64,000 nucleotides of DNA from Chara braunii (taxonomy: Eukaryota > Plantae > Charophyceae). Within the stretch, counting starts at the first letter, position 1, and each line of letters opens with the position of its first letter. The translations under genes were made by a program, and so were the position numbers. The notes below the pieces were generated by a model. That model did no database searches, was not told the DNA's origin, and saw only the letters and a list, made by a program, of their open reading frames with translations. This document shows positions 1 through 14,109 of the stretch, piece after piece. The stretch spans positions 683,753 through 747,752 of the forward strand of contig BFEA01000031.1 in the NCBI GenBank assembly GCA_003427395.1, in the 5' to 3' direction.

Positions 1-2773
1 GCAGGAGGCGGCGATGGCGATGGACCTTCGCGGGGCGCTCACAAATTCGTGACGACTTACAAGAACTCCACTGCGCCGCTGCAAATGCCCGTTTCCACCG
101 TCGCCAATATGGACGCCACCTGCCCCGCGTCGCCGTCATGACGTCCAGCACCCAATTTGAAATTTGATATTCGAACGGGAAGGTCCATTGCTTTTTAACG
201 TTTTTTTTGTTCCCAGTCGCCAGCGCCTTTCAAAAATTCCCGCCTTCGGCAGCTGGACCGCACCGTAGCAAGACGGACATCACCCAATGGACCAAGGCAT
301 TGCCCCCCCGTGGCTGACTATAATATTATGAAAATGGCTGCCAGGGGCCAAAAGGAATCATCCTTGGGAGACCACCCCAAGGATAGGTGGAACGATGGTG
401 GGAATTTCCTTCAAAACCCCGAAGGGAACTTCCTTCGGCCCCGAGGCCGCCCCAAGGAGTGTCTAACGAGCCCCTCCGTCATCTCATCTGTGGTAGCCAA
501 AACAAGGTCCCACTTGCAAGAATCAAGATATAAAAACTTTATTTTCCATTGATATGAAGTTATTTACAACCACTACAAAAGGGCAGGAGCTGGCATTTGC
601 CTGTTGGCGAGGTCCCACACTTGCAGACGCCTTCATTTTTTTTTAATTTCCATAGATCTCAGGAGATATAGGAAAAATATAGATCTTGTTATTGCCATGG
701 ACTCTACGGAAATAGAATAAAGAGATCTTCACAAGCCTTCTAGGGATGGATACTTTTAGCACCATAACCAGGAGGTGCAGGCCTTCCAAAAAAAAAAAAA
801 AAAAAAAAAAAAACTCCATTACCTACTTGGCGAGTTCAAAAAGCCCTTGTGGCTGAATGGTACACCCGGGGCCAGGTCCCATTTGGTCGAATTGTTTGTT
901 TCTGACTGGGGATTTCATAATCAAGGGTCATGTATGGAGAAATTGGGTAAGTGGGACGACCGCCATGAATTGTGGATACACAGACCCGAGATCGAATCCT
1001 GCTAGTGAATCATTCTACAACTAGAATAAATGTTAAGTTACCTGCGGCCAGTCGTGATTTCTGAATGCTGTGCCCTCTTTGAGACGACGAAAACGAGAAA
1101 TGTTGCCGCAATTTTTTTTACCCCGAAACAAAAAAAAAAGAGAGAAAGAGGGAGTCTAGAAGGCTGCTGTTCAATCATTGGACAAAGGTGGATTATTTCT
1201 GGGCTTCAGACCTCTTCCGCGTGTTTACCAGACCCCTGCCCCACTCCCTCTAACTCCATGGTGGAGATGCCATGGTACAGCCTGGAATAGAAGAGAGTGA
1301 TACCACCTGGGGGACTGCTAGTGGGGTGATATGAACAACCTCCAGTAGTAGACCCATGGTGGAGTCTCATGGTCAACAGAGAGATATAATGCTGAGAAGG
1401 GCAACAAAAGGGATGGGGCAGACTAGGAAAGAGAGCTGGTTTCGGCAACCCCACTTCGGGGTTGAAGAGGTCATGCATGCCGCAATCTGCAAATGCTTAT
1501 GGATTGATGTCATCACAAGGAATCCTGACCCCAGCTGCCAGCAGGCGTTGCTCCCCACAAATAGATGGAGCCTCAGAAGAGGTAGCGGCACATGTACAAC
1601 ATTCGGGTGGCCCCAAATTAGCACGCTGCTCAAGAAAGGAAAAACGACTACCTAGTCTGTCTGACTACGGCCTGTGGTGTATGTGCCAGTTTCTCTGCCC
1701 CTCAGAACATAAGGAAATTTTTGGAGGTAGTGTGTGCCAGCAGAATTCTGGATAGGTGTTCCAAGAAAGAAAGCTAGTCTTTTTGAAGGTCCAGAAGGGC
1801 AAGTGGGTCATTCCGAACTTCGAGTGACTGAACCCCTGAGAGTACTCTTGCGCCTGATATCCTGCCTCTACAACAACCTGGGCACAAGTACACGGCCCCA
1901 GCCGTGCAGCAAAAAAACTTCCATTGGGGAAAAAAAAAAAAAAAAAAAAAAAATCACACTGATGGTGTTTGCAGTCCTTGAACCACAAGTACACGGCCCC
2001 AGCCATGCAGCAAAAGAACTTGTCGCAACAAATTTGATGGTCGCGGCAGGAATTCCGTTGGAAAAGACGTCTGCCCAAAAAAGACGGTGGAAAATTTTTG
2101 GAACTCCCCTGCCCACCGTCCCAAAAAGGAAAGTTGTGGTTAGTCCTGGTGGTCGGCTGGGGAGGGCAGGAACCAGTGAGGTCCCGTAGCGTTGGGGTGG
2201 CACTTGCGGAACAAGACCCATGGGCGGACACCTTCTCCTCCAACCGGGGGAGGAGACCTTGGAAACTTTCAAGAAGTCGCCCCCTTCAACACTCTCCACT
2301 CGGCACAAAATCACAGCGATTTCCCCTCTCGCAGGACTTTTCCAGGCCATGAACGAAGTGAAAACGATTCCTGGCCTCTTCCAGGCCAAAAACCCGGGGC
2401 TGCGGGGTCCTGGGAAACAGTTCCGCGGAATAAATCGCAACTTTCTAGGACCTCTTCCGCGGGTGGTGGGGTCCCGGAAACAGTTCTGTGACAAAGTTTT
2501 TCCTTTCCGCAATCCTGTGGGGTCCAGGCCTTATTGGGCCCGCGCTGGCCCATGCACGGACTTTTTATTGTCCATGGCCGCCAATAAGGCCTCTCCTCTT
2601 TCTGGTTGTGCGGAAACTGGTGGGCACACAGGAACCCCCCCCCAAAAAAACAGATGAAAACGGCATGTGCGTTTTCGTTCCGTATGCGCAGTAGCCATCA
2701 CCGTGTGGCCTGCCCGCAGGGGCCTTCCAGCCTACCTCCTGCGCACGTGCCTTTGCCAATCTCGAGGGCAGAG

Positions 2774-2774
<1 letters not shown>

Positions 2775-2842
<68 letters not shown>
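2775..2842. repeat. (CT)n microsatellite; others at ~21731-22167, 37571-37663, 48248-48332, 53962-54025, 57807-57868, 62060-62138, 63659-63718, 63922-63965
   Basis: Seen directly. Several abut assembly gaps. Confidence 0.98.
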
Positions 2843-4967
2843 NNNNNNNNNNNNNNNNNNNNNNNNNNNNNNNNNNNNNNNNNNNNNNNNNNNNNNNNNN
2901 NNNNNNNNNNNNNNNNNNNNNNNNNNNNNNNNNNNNNNNNNNNNNNNNNNNNNNNNNNNNNNNNNNNNNNNNNNNNNNNNNNNNNNNNNNNNNNNNNNNN
3001 NNNNNNNNNNNNNNNNNNNNNNNNNNNNNNNNNNNNNNNNNNNNNNNNNNNNNNNNNNNNNNNNNNNNNNNNNNNNNNNGAAACAGTTTGTCACAGCCCC
3101 TCGTTTGTTGTCCTCTTCTCCCTCTCTGCCTACGGTTTACCGGGCAGTTCTATTTGACGATATATATATATATATATATTTGTGTGTAGGATATACTAAG
3201 GGAAGGACCCCACAGAACGGCGACAAACGGTTTTGGAAGTCTTCGACTTCCAGCTGACTGCCCACCGCCAACGAAGATGATGAAACAGAGGGGACCCCAC
3301 CGCCACCGCGAAATGTTGCTTTTGGGTCGGCAACGGCTACCCAAAAAGTAAATTTCAGGGCATTTTCCCTTTTTGGGAAAGGTTGGGGCCGGGAAGGCCA
3401 TTCCAGGTCCCTTACCAGTGATTGTAATGGAAGGGCTGCCAACTTCCGTCCTCATGCGCCGGAGTACGCACCCAAGAGGTAGGTAAACGGACTGAGTATT
3501 GGAAAATGGGAATTTAGGGCCACGTAGGAATAAAGGGGCAGTGGACCGAGTGAAAAGGGTTGCCCGTCGTCTTCCACAATGGGAATTTTGGTCTGTGGGG
3601 TCGGGGAAGTTGCCTCTCGCCTTCTGAAACTGTTTGCCGCCGTCCTGTGGGGTCCTACCCCAAGTTTGCAGCCAAGAGGATGCACTATACCCGGTTGCAT
3701 TTTTGGCGCGCAGCGGGTTTCCCGATCAGGAAATATCGACGAGCTTTTTGGGGTTTAAAGCGGTGTAGAGGGGGCGGGAATATGAAGCAGAAGGGTGCAG
3801 TCGTTGTCATAAGACCGATCGGTCATTTAGGCGGTCACAGTAGAGGCAAAAACCGAACGACCAGCGGTAGCCTGCAAAGGTCATGCAGCGGTCGTTTTGG
3901 ACGGTGTCGAGTGCATCGGTTCCCCAGGGGGACCCTCCCGGCCGCGCCACACAAGATTTCGTGCAGGATTTTCTTACCGCGATGCAATGGAGCTTTTGCC
4001 GCCGCTCCGGCCAAGTGCGCCAGCCATACCTCTCGCGAACCTCTATGACAGGATAGGGCTATGTGGGGTACAACTTACCTCCGCCAAAGGGGTTGTCACC
4101 ACCCTTGAACGGGCGTATCCCAGCCGAGTTACCGAACCACGTATGAAAGCTAATCAGTTGCAATCGCAGAGGTGGCCCAGCCGATGGCGTTTCTTATACA
4201 CTTTAGCATAGGGGGTATGCGTGGTCTCACGCCTCTATCGGACCCATACGTGAATCTAAGCACTAGGGGGTTGAAATCCCAAGCATGACTCGTCATCGGT
4301 CGACTAGGATACATCCTTCTTACCACACGTTACATCATGCCAAAGCAAAAAGTCAAATTATTCACACAAAACAAAACACTACTACTCTCTTTAGTATCAA
4401 ACCCATAATCTTTTGATATGAAAATTGGTTAGGCGTCGCGCGTGGGACTTAAGATAAAACCATACAAACCCCGGACTTTCTCATATCGACTAGCCATGCA
4501 TGAATACGCAAACAGTCATAGTAATGGATACCTATGTAGTACCCATAATCGCGTGGCCCTCAATGGTCTTGAAGGTCGCGTTTGTTACGGCTGACACGCA
4601 CCTTGAGGCGTTAATCTCTCAACACTAGACAACCACCAAGGCAGTTGAGAGACTTACCCTCTTCTGCACCCTGCGGAAAGTGGGTGGTAGACAGGTTCAT
4701 ACCTCTTTGTGGCGACCAACATTTATGGTCTTGGAGACGAGTTCCATCGTCCAGGGCCTTGAGAGAAGTCAAGGGGTTTGACTTTGACGGATACCATGGA
4801 CATCAACGTCCAACTATAAAAACTTAAAAAAACGAAAGTAAAAAGAGGGATCTCTTTTTTTTCTCCACACAGTCCGTTCGATCCTTACGTACGGTAGCAG
4901 TAGACCGCGCATATATATATATCATCAAATAGAACTGCCCGGTAAACCGTAGGCAGAGAGGGAGAAG

Positions 4968-5001
<34 letters not shown>

Positions 5002-5614
5002 ATTGGGTTATAATATATGAGGCGATCACTTCTCACAATCACGGTATGACTTTCTTCAAAACTATATATATATATATTCGCGGACAAGTCAAATCCAGAG
5101 TCTCCGCCACAATCTTACCTGCAATCACATCAAAGATTCAACTGAATGTCCACGCACTACACGGGTTCAACTTCAACCACTCTCTGCGCTCATACCCCTT
5201 GCTTTAGCGATACAAGCCTGGACGATTGTCCAACCTCCCATAATAAATACTCAGTATTTTTGTTAAATGACCATTCAATAAAGTCTGAGTGAAAACTCAA
5301 TAAAATAATTCAAATCACCAAGTTAAAACCTTTAGGTTGAGTGACAAGAGTGAATTAGAATTGAGTCGTAAACCGACGAATCGACAACCGACCTATTATC
5401 GCACATAACAGAAGATGATCCTCGTGGGATGAAGCTGAAAGTGGTCTAATCCTGAATCGAAATGTTCAACGAGGACCTGTAACAAAGGACAAGTCAATGC
5501 TCAAGGCTAGACTATAAGTGTATGGAGAATGAACCCCCATATCACATTCTCACTCAAAAGTTTCCCATAACTAAGTCTAAGTCTACCTTTAAGCAAGTGT
5601 CAAAGGAAAGGAAG

Positions 5615-6185
5615 ATTTTTGGCAACATTTTCTCTATATAGGTTGGATCGCCGAAATTTATCGCAACGCTTTCTATAGGAAAAATACATTTTCATAATTT
5701 ATATTTGTTCAAATATAAAAACCGACATGGTCCTCAACTCTAAAAAGTCAAATTTTGTTTAACTCCCCGAATTAGTAAAAAATTGGGCAGCATCTCCTTT
5801 AGAGAAGTAGACTTCTCATATTTATACTAAGTCAAATAAGAACTCGGAATAAGATTGGAGTTCTTACTAAAAAAAAGTTTAACCAACTCCTTAGATTTGT
5901 AAAAATTCAGCAACACTTCCTGTAGAGAAGTGTCAATCCAGAATTTATACAAAATTAAATATAAAATATGAAAAATAATTATGACTTCCCAAAGTCAAAT
6001 TTTATCTAACTCCTTGAATTAACAAAAAATCGGACAACACTTCCCCTAGAAAGGAAAACTTCTCAAATTTTTACTAAACCAGATATAAAACTAAGATAAA
6101 ATTGAACTTTGAAAAATCAAAATTTGGTTAACTACTTGGTTTTATAGAAATTTCGGCAGTGCTTCCCGTAGGGAAAATAACTTTC
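5615..6185. repeat. Degenerate tandem array with core (c)ggcaacacttcccgtagrgaaa
   Basis: About six units at ~5620, 5662, 5786, 5907, 6031 and 6154. Three inverted counterparts (ttttcctacgggaagcgctgccgaaattt) at ~28300-28500. Confidence 0.65.
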
Positions 6186-6498
6186 CAAAATTTATACAGA
6201 ACCAAGTAAAAAAAACGATCTCCGAAAATGCGAGAACTTGAACTAAGTAAAATAAACTTAATTTAAAAAATAAAAAAATTGAATCAATTCTTACAGCTCT
6301 AACACGTGGCGAGCAATTAAAGAAACTACCTATCAAACTGAACTCAGACTAAGTAGGGTTCACACTCAACCAAATGCAAGTCCATACTACAATGAGTAAT
6401 TACTCTCACCAAACCCTAGTCATTTTTCATAAAGAACAGTTAATGGAACCTTCAAATGATTTATATTTTTTTCCCCAGCTTACATAGGGCATAAAACT

Positions 6499-7272
6499 AG
6501 ACCATTCAACTTAAAAACAAAGTCTAGCTTTGTCATTGAATATACACAAACAGAGGGCACTGCTACTTTTATAATCTTTCGACATACGACTTACCTATTC
6601 AACTTAGAAACAAAGTCTAGTCGCCCTGGACTGTTTACATAGTCAAGTTTATATATATTTTATCTGCTCTTTGTTTTTTAAGGTAGCATTCAACTGCACC
6701 ATTCAACTTAGAAATAAAGTTTAACCTGCCCCGTCTTACGACCAATTATTATTCTTAGTTAAATACTATCTTCATTATGATAAGTTATAGCCAGACCATT
6801 CAACTTAGAAACAAAGTCTGACTAGCTTGTTCATAAAGTATAATAATAATAGAATATATATAGAACTATTCCTTACTTTCAATATGTACGTGGCTCCCAA
6901 CCAAACCATTCAACTTAGAAACAAAGTCTGGTCCTTCACATGATCTCCCTCAAAATAAACAAAAGGTAGTTTCAACCATTCAACATAGAAACAAAACTCA
7001 AATCTCATTTTTCAGAAACAATAAAGAAAGATGAGGAGGTTGTGTCATTTAACTTAAAAACAAACCCAATCTCACTTAGAAAATTTCAAAGTAAACCAAA
7101 GCGACAAAACCATTTAACTTCGAAACAAAACTTAGTCCCTAAAAATGCAACCGCAGACAACCCTCGCAAGTCAGAGCAACAAGACCATCTAACTTAGGAA
7201 AAAAATCCGGTTCTCCAAGCAGTCAAAATAAAACATAGTACTGGGTCTTTCAACTTAGAAAAACAAAGTCTA
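6499..7272 (-). repeat. Repeat-spacer array: ~27-bp ACCATTCAACTTAGAAACAAAGTCT units with unrelated spacers
   Basis: About ten units at ~6499, 6593, 6698, 6793, 6904, 6974, 7045, 7108, 7182 and 7245. On the minus strand a unit reads agactttgTTTC-TAAGTT-GAAtggtct, a hairpin. Confidence 0.85.
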
Positions 7273-8999
7273 ACCTTTGGTTGACCCAGTCAATCACAAG
7301 GAGAACCACCTTTCTCCCGACTTCCCCCAATTCAAACCCTTCTTCAATCTGAATTCTGACAAACAAAAAAAATAAAACTGCGATTGCGCATGCATTCCTT
7401 TACTGAACTTTGATTTAAGTCTGGAAAGTTAAACATAAGATAAATAGGGATGCCGGCAATGCCATCGGATAAACGATAGAAAACTGTATAGGTAAGGGTT
7501 TTAAATGGGTTTATAAGAGGAGATGAAGATTACCACTCAGTTCTATTCCTTTAAAACCTCGCCTGGGTTCCTGTAGAGCTCCCACAATTGGTGGGACAAC
7601 CTCCCACAGAGGCTTTGGCACGGATTACGGGTTGCAATCCCGCCTGTCGCCTTCCTCTCCAACCCAATAGACCAGACTTAGAATAAGAGGGCCCAAAGGA
7701 CTTGGAGAATCTTTAAGTCGCTCAGATATGAGAGAGGTGCACTCAGACTCGCGTGAGAGAGCCTTGAACTCTTGGATCGCCTGAGGGCCTCGCAATGACC
7801 GCCTAAATGCGAAGCAGCTTGGTCAACCGAAGTCAAAACACCAACTGTTGACTCCTTGACGATCCTCCAATTCGCAAAAAATACCCCTCTCTCAAAGAAC
7901 TCAGTTCCTCCGTAGAGCTTTGTGGTCTGAATCGCGATGGCTACAGGTAAGTTTGCAAGCTCGTAACTCTTCTTCCACTACTCCGCACGACGGGACGAAT
8001 GACACATCGACCAACAACCAAGTCTGCCTCTCACAACTGACTTGTTGCTCCTTCAACCCACATGGTAAGCAGCGTGTCAGTCAACAGGTATGTCCGCGGC
8101 CTCGTAACCCGTCTCCAACTTTCTTCATTTGACCGTCAACAACGTACTGGCCAGTAGGGAAGTCTACAACTCGCGCTTGGCCTCCTCGCCTTCATCCGAT
8201 ATGTTGACAACGCTTTGGCCAAACAAGTAAGTCTTCGTTCCCGCAATCGTCTGACGCTACCTCCACTGATACGACGTGGAAGTCGAAATGAATCTTCGGT
8301 TAGAACATAGGAAGATTTCCCCCCCAACTTCCTTCTTGCACTACTATGCTCAGCGTACCGATCTGCAAAAATGGGAAGGAACCTTTCGCAAGAACGTGGT
8401 ATACACTGGTTTCCAAGCACGAGTTCCGAGAATCAAAGAGAGGGTACTTGTAGGATGAGCAAAATCGAAATGGATCGTCCCGCTATCTGCAAAATCGAAA
8501 TGCAGCTTTCGTCAGATGATGGGAAGATACATTTAACTAGCGTCCTCTGCCTCAATTGGCACACAGTCCGGCATCACACTTCGACTTTCGGTTGCACCTG
8601 ACTCGCCAATTCGACTATGAGTACTCTCCCTCTCATGTGCACGCTTATACCCTGCACTCGCACACTCTCATTCCTATGTGCGCTCGTCTCGACGAGCTCG
8701 TATGCAGCCGCCCCAACCTGATGACCGCCATATGGAAAGGAAAACAAACACCGAACTAACTACACTTGTAAAAATGAGAATGAATCTTCCGCTAGGACAC
8801 AAAAAGATGCACGTCATTCTTACTACTGTGAGTGCGCTCCACCTGATGTCTTCACCCCGTCCGTCTGTCTACGTCGTTTGTTGTTTCCGCCCCCAACGAC
8901 ACATACACGAGTTAAGAATGAAACTTCCGCTAAAACGCGAGAAGGTACATGACCTACCCCTACTCTGCTAGCGTACGGTTTGACACAATAGCTCAACTT

Positions 9000-11900
9000 C
9001 CGATTCTTCTAGCGCCGCCTGCCCTCCAGGGTGAGCACTCGTTTCTCTTGCGCGTGGGACACAGGGGAAGGCAGATGAGTGTGGCTCAGAGCCACACTGG
9101 GAACCGAAAGACTGTACTTGGCTTGTATGTATGCATCCTTGGACCAGGATCACATTTTTCACGGCTCTTCAACATCTGCTCCCCCGAAATGTGGGGGACT
9201 TCAACACAACATCGATTCCTATGACAGACAGGCGATCCCCCACTCAGAATCCCCGGAACGCCCCGGTTCACGGCGACCCCGATGTTACAGCCTTGGGAAG
9301 TATGATGGCGGACCTAGGCCTTATAGACTCGTATAGACATCTCCATCCCACTAAAAAAACCTACACGTTTGTGAGTTCGAAGGGGGACAGAGACATCGCG
9401 AACTCCAGGATCGACCTGACCCTTATCTCAGAAGAAATCTCAAGACTACTCATAGTTGCGGACGTCTGTACTATCTCACCGTGTAAGTCCTTTGATCACA
9501 GAATGATAGTGACGGACCTATCCTTTCACTCACATATAACCAAAGGCCCGGGCTTCTCCAAATTTAACAATATGCTCCTTAAACTCCCATCTTTTGACAC
9601 CATAGTTAAGGAGTTCTGGGCATGTTGGACTACACACAAACCCAAGATGACATGCTCGTCCACTGGTTTAATGACGACATCGCACAACTCTGGGAAAGAG
9701 TGAAGCAATACTCAATAAAAAATGCAAGAGAGCATAAGGAGAACCTTGAGAGACTCATGGCCCCCATGGAAGAGTGCGATGCCCAACTCATGGACCATCC
9801 CCTGGACACAGACACCTACGATGCACTCCAAAGGGCGAGGGCTCAATTACAAGAATACCTGGATAACCAGACCTAGAAATGGAGAAACCATGCAAGAATC
9901 ACGAAGGATGCAATGAAAGGAATGATGACAAAGACGTTCTTTCGTAAAGCTAAGGCTAAAAAGAGACAAAGCACGAATTCCTTCTTGAGGCACCCGTTTG
10001 ATAACAACCAACCACTTGCATCCAATGCCTATAAGATGGTTGAGTATGCCTCGGAGTTCAATCAAAGACTTTTCACATCAGAAACTAATTAATATCCGCA
10101 ACACACTCTACAGAATGTTAGAGACACCCTCCGAAATGTTATCCCATCACTACCACACAGCAAAGGGAAGCTATAAAGGCACCCATCACACATGAGGATA
10201 TGTTATTAGCCCTGCGGAACATGGATGATGAGGAGACCCCGGGGATCAATTCTTTTCCCAAAGAATTATGGCTCCACTTTTGGGAGACATTCCAATAAGA
10301 TTTTTGTCAATATGTCAATGCAGTCTACAGAGAGGAGACGTTTGGGGATATGATTGGCCAGGGGGTCATAACTCTCATCTATAAAAAGGAAGACAAAGAT
10401 TACATACGAAACTATAGGCTATTACTCTCCTCCCGGTACCCTATAAAACTGTGGCAAAAGTTTGGGCTAACAAAACTTCGCTCCCACCTCTCACACCTCA
10501 TCCACCCGGACCAGTCTGGATTCATGCCCTATAGGAACATATAGGATAACATCATGTTAGTCAATGAAACCATAAGGTACGTAAAAAAACGCAGAGTGGA
10601 CGCTGCCATAATGCGTCATTTTCTTCATTGACTTCGAAAAGGCGTATGATTATGTGGACTGGGACTTCTTCGGATTATGCCTCAACAGAATGAACTTCGG
10701 CCCCGAATTTTAAAAACGGGTAAACATATTTCATCGAACTGCGGCCACAAACATCATGATGAATGGACACCTCACATCGCTATTCAGGTTGCAGAGATTT
10801 GTGTGTCAAGGATCACTCATAGCCCCGATGCTCTTTGTCCTCATGATGGAAGCATTGACGACTATGATAAACGTCAACCCAGAGATACAGAGAATTGCGG
10901 TGCAATAAATCTCGTATCACCTAGTCCCGGTCACTTCCATATTCGCAGATGACCTCACTGTCCTCTTCAGGGATGACCCGACCAGCTTTCAGGCACTAAC
11001 ACATACAATCCACCTATCCGAGGTCGCGACGGATATGAAAGTAAGCCGGGGCACTAAGACAAAGGGGTGGTGGCTCAACAAAGATGAGAACCCTCCGCTT
11101 GATGCCCCGAGGGTAGATTGGAAGCCTCTGGATGCTGCCATCAGAGTGATGAGAGTAAATCTCACTGCACTCAGCCCCCACATGACCATGGGGACAAACT
11201 TGTTGACACAGTAATCCAACGTATGAATGTTTGAGAAACTATTAATACTTTGCTGGTGGGCAGAGCTCTGACAATCAACAACGCTATTTTTGTGGCAATA
11301 TGGTATAAAGTGGTCTTTTGGCAACTTAGCAAGAAGCAATTAAAGACAATAAAATGGGTTGAGTCCACAATTAAAGACAATAAAATGGGCTGAGTCCACC
11401 TACCTCTGGCGTGAGGACCATTGAGTGCACCACATGTATCAGGAGGGTGGCGTGGGACGTTATTATACAACCATGTGCCAAAGGGGGGTTAGGTCTAATT
11501 GATCCGGAGAATAAAACAAAAGCGTTGATATTCAAGTTTATTATAAGACGGTTGTTAGACAATGATATCCCCTGGGCACCATATGCAGCCATCCAAATCT
11601 CCGGCCTGACCCCACAATGCACAAATTCAATCGAATCCATCCGCTGCGATGGCTGGCCAACAAACACTAGTCAATCCCAGCGTCCCCCCGCAACAGAAGA
11701 GACGACACGCCCGCCACCACAGCCAAAGGAGACCTAAGGGTCGATCCCCTTTGGACCAACATACTGCGTCTATGGAGGGAATGAGGACCGACCCAAAAAC
11801 CTGTGTTGCTTAGATGGGACGAAACATGGAGACAACCTCTGTTTAGAAACTCGTGCATATTGGATCACATGGGCAACCTTTTCTCGCTCCAAACGGGTTC

Positions 11901-13263
11901 CAAATGGATCCTCTGGGTGAGGAAAGAGATTTACACAGTTGGTGATTTGTGGAATATTCAAGCAAGCACGTGGTTATCGGTCCGAGACCTTTGACAAAAG
12001 CTTGACCACGTTAGAAAGTTGGACGAGGCACTGCAAGAGATCCAAGACGTTGTCCCCCTCGCATGGGTCTTGGAACTCAAGAGAGACCCGACATTAAGGC
12101 GGGGGGACTGGGTGGTACGACCAGAGGACTGGTCAATCCCGATGGCAGCTTCCAAGGTAGAGGAAGTTAACTCACATAAGGCAAGGCTTAACACATACAC
12201 ACCACACCTCCCAGGAGACAGATGGTCTAAATTGGACCGTCATGAAGTCCTAGACGTTGCGTACCCACCGTGGGACTTGTCGGAATATGTGTGATTAGGG
12301 GATAACAACAATGAACCCTTTGTCTATGAGCCGACCAACCCCCTATGCCATCTGCCATTCAATCCGCAAGAATGAGAATGGGAAATGGGAGGTTCTCGTA
12401 AGCTTCAGACTTAGTAGTACACAATTAAAGAGGGGTACCGAAGGTACTTAATAGCGCGGAAACCGGTACAGATATTCAGATCGATTAAAATGTTGTGGGC
12501 TAGAGACTCTCCCTTCAACACAAAATATCTAAACATACTCAGATGGGCCACCTACTCGGTTGTGCGCCCTACCAACCTGCGTGCGTTGCAATGGCAGATT
12601 ATTCACAGGTGCCTACCTACCCCAGACTGGATTGTGTCTAGAAGAAATTTGGAGGCCCGTGGAGTGTTGTCTCCGCTCTGTACCTACTGGTGTAGGACCT
12701 CCCCTAAGAAACGAGCCACACTCGAACATTGCCTGCTAGACTGCACCATGGTGGCTCAACTTTGGCAATGGTGGGATGAAGCATGGCATCATCTGATGGA
12801 CATCCACTTCCCATGGGACCTCAAGATTATTCTGTTGAGGAAAATGCCCCCACACGCGGTCAGGTGGACACCCTTCAGCCTCAACCTGCTGAAAGTAACA
12901 CGGCTGCCACTGCTAATGGCTGCATGGCGAATGAGATGTGCGCATGAGTATAGGCAACACACATATGGCTATATGGAGGCTCGAGCCTCGGTCCTATAAA
13001 CAATCACTGTCAACACACATGCGGCTTGGCAAAAACTCAGAAACATGCTACGAAAGAAATCAGATACAATCAAACGGAATGAACTCTATGATGATTTTCG
13101 GTCTGTCTGGGTGGATAGTGCACAGAGACTCTGCGAGTTGGATCAACACAACCAACTGCGATGGAAGCAGTGGTTGTCGAGAGAACCACAATGGGAATGT
13201 CTACCGAGAAGCCACTTTCAGTTCCCATTCCAACCGACCAACTTCATCCTAATCTCGGCTTGA
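9000..13263 (+). mobile_element. Decayed L1/Tx1-like LINE ORF2 (APE endonuclease-RT-zf-RVT), 5'-truncated
   Basis: Fragments GDFN..YTF..SRIDL..DH (EN); NYR/DQSGF/DFEKAYD/FADD (RT); LQWQIIHRCLPT..C..TLEHCLLDC (zf-RVT). Many stops and frameshifts. Confidence 0.93.
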
Positions 13264-14036
13264 CAAAGCACAACACACTCCTGGCTCCTGACTCCTGGTT
13301 CCTATCCCCCCAACTCCATACCCCTCCTCCTCCTCCTGAACCCTCCAAAGCCTACCCCAACCCGTCCCTCAATCCTGTCCCCCTACCCTCCTTCCCCACC
13401 CGCACCCCAGTCCTTTCGCAGAAGGCCGACCAATCAGGGACCTCCTAGAAGAGGAGCAGCGGAAGAGCTGACTACTCAGAAACCGAAGAAGCAATCAGCA
13501 TTTAAGTCCTGATAATGGAACTGGCAATGTATATCGGATTGTGGACAATAGACGGATCCCTACTGCCGGGTGACTGGGACAATGGGAACAAATGCATTCT
13601 TGAGAGGGTAGATGAAGATCAAGGTGGGTAGAAATCGTGGGTGGCCAAGGCTACCCCTCACAGTTACACTAACACACACCGTCACAACACAACACAAACA
13701 TGCAGCCCATGTATCAGGTGGAATTATGCCATTAGGGTTTAAGGGTTAAGGATTGAGGAGTTAAATGACCTGGCAATAGGAGGAATGACGACCAACAAGG
13801 TTGAAGGGTCTAACGAAGAACGGTCAGAAGCAGGGGGCATGAATTGGGTGAACTGGGTGGTGGAAGACACAAGTGTAGCCTAAACAATGAGGAGAGATTT
13901 TTACGCTTTGTCGGATAGGACATGCCTGCTAAATAATTGACTTATATACAGGCATATATCGCAAACACACAGAATACACACAAAACACATACATAAAACA
14001 CACACACAAAACACACACACAGAACACACACTCTTG

Positions 14037-14080
14037 AACATACTTACGAACATACTTACGAACATACTTACGAACATACT
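14037..14080. repeat. 12-bp minisatellite (GAACATACTTAC)x~3.7 after a CA-rich tract
   Basis: Seen directly in the sequence. Confidence 0.85.
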
Positions 14081-14109
14081 CAGCCACATCTGATACAGCA
14101 CAACGCACT

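Larger units (their letters stand above)
4005..8960 (-). mobile_element. Unclassified large non-coding repeat element, copy A (inverted homolog of ~24.2-30.0 kb)
   Basis: Blocks ~4005-4240, 4530-4830, 5000-5480 and 7530-7690 match the reverse complement of ~29770-30005, 29160-29430, 28590-29050 and 26300-26460 in colinear order. No recognisable ORF. The right side is cut by the LINE starting at ~9000. Strand inferred from splice-like motifs and hairpin wobble pairs. Confidence 0.7.

Noticed and set aside
310-2760. Host gene among the short ORFs
   Set aside because: No recognisable domain, interrupted by polyA runs, and ORFs conflict on both strands.
6499-7272. True CRISPR array
   Set aside because: Eukaryotic TE context, no cas genes, irregular spacer lengths and degenerate repeats. 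Kept as an unexplained array.
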